The notes below the pieces were generated by a model that was given only the letters and a program-made list of their open reading frames with translations, searched no databases and was not told where the DNA came from. The position numbers were made by a program, and so were the translations under genes. DNA of 59,926 nucleotides from a virus, in IMG/VR virus record IMGVR_UViG_3300045988_082950, positions 1 to 59,926 of that record; one strand, written 5' to 3'. This document shows positions 59,271 to 59,926 of the stretch, in pieces (the first letter of the stretch is position 1; each line of letters begins with the position of its first letter).

Positions 59271-59745
59271 TTTTAATTCCCTCCCAGTCGATTCTCTGAC
59301 CGCAATTTTCACAATACTTCTTTTTCCTCTGGTCATGAATCCTGCCATGTACAATAATTCTTTCTCCAACAACCGATTTGCATTTAGGACAACGCCAGAA
59401 ATTACTTTCAGTCTGTTTTATTTCTCCATGCCCATCTGAATAATCAATAGCCATACAACCTTTTTCATACATACTTAAAATTGGCTTCTTTCTGCTCTGC
59501 TTCTCTCTTGCTTCCAACAGGGATTTAAAAGTAAATCCCTGTTCCACACATTCGTCCTCAAATTCCATGTATTCTCTGATATGGTCGATTGTCAGCTTGC
59601 GTTTAGATAGTTCAGATTCAAGGTCTTTGTATTTCTGTACTGTTTCAAGTGCCTGTATTGCCATATCTAATGCTTCGTTCAAAATATAATAACCGCTTGT
59701 AGGCTTGTTATCTTTTATTGCCTTGATTGCTTCATTCTCCGTCAT
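59263..59745 (-). CDS. hypothetical protein with C-terminal zinc ribbon
   Basis: CPKCKS...CENCGQ. Track ORF. Confidence 0.65.
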   Translation of the reverse strand: MTENEAIKAIKDNKPTSGYYILNEALDMAIQALETVQKYKDLESELSKRKLTIDHIREYMEFEDECVEQGFTFKSLLEAREKQSRKKPILSMYEKGCMAIDYSDGHGEIKQTESNFWRCPKCKSVVGERIIVHGRIHDQRKKKYCENCGQRIDWEGIKNE

Positions 59746-59926
59746 TCATTCCACCGCCTTTCACAATCTCGATTGCTTTGCAAATAACTCCTCTAATCCC
59801 AAATTCCTCGATATCACATCTTCTTTTTAGTTCTTCCAACTGTTCCACAACCTTGTCCACATCATAAGTCGTCGGATATTCTTCTAGTAAATACAATACT
59901 GCATTTGTATTTACTAAAGTTCCATT
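59732..59926 (-). CDS. 3' part of the junction-spanning ORF (see 1-112)
   Basis: ..LEEYPTTYDVDKVVEQLEELKRRCDIEEFGIRGVICKAIEIVKGGGMNDGE with stop at 59732-59734. The last 55 nt duplicate 1-55. Confidence 0.55.
   Translation of the reverse strand, partial: NGTLVNTNAVLYLLEEYPTTYDVDKVVEQLEELKRRCDIEEFGIRGVICKAIEIVKGGGMNDGE
59872..59926. repeat. terminal direct repeat, right copy (identical to 1-55)
   Basis: Exact 55/55 identity with the window start. Confidence 0.95.

Noticed and set aside
1-59926. A diversity-generating retroelement, retron, or dedicated small invertase to explain tail-fibre variation
   Set aside because: I found no reverse-transcriptase motifs (YxDD context). I found no template/variable repeat pair with A-specific mismatches and no Hin/Gin-size resolvase ORF in any frame of the track.

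Overview
The first 55 bases recur exactly as the last 55, so this window is a closed circular contig with about 59,871 unique bp. It reads as a complete temperate, siphovirus-like phage genome from a spore-forming Firmicutes/Clostridia-type host. Nearly all genes lie on the minus strand. Going down in coordinate: an IS3-family insertion and a tRNA region (40.2-41.8 kb). Then terminase, portal, scaffold, capsid, neck, tail tube, a frameshifted chaperone and a 1423-aa tape measure (37.7-21.6 kb), followed by a separately terminated tail-tip/fibre operon (20.8-14.0 kb). A divergent CI/Cro-like switch sits at 12.9-13.6 kb. An early operon follows (12.8 kb across the junction to about 57.5 kb) with antirepressor, Spo0A-C-like protein, two SSBs, Rad50-like ATPase, annealing protein, MBL nuclease, homing nucleases, replisome organiser and radical SAM. 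Next come a large serine recombinase with a candidate attP (56 kb) and an accessory region (43-55.7 kb). The strongest leads are three. (1) A 19-bp inverted repeat brackets a 674-bp segment that would swap the C-terminal domain of a distal tail protein in frame, with no dedicated invertase present. (2) A solitary type I-C-like CRISPR repeat has its own promoter and terminator, making it a candidate RNA anti-CRISPR or one-repeat mini-array. (3) An adjacent ribbon-helix-helix regulon has three promoters built on one 11-mer operator plan. All functional calls rest on motif recognition by eye. No searches or computations were run, and start codons of small genes are approximate.
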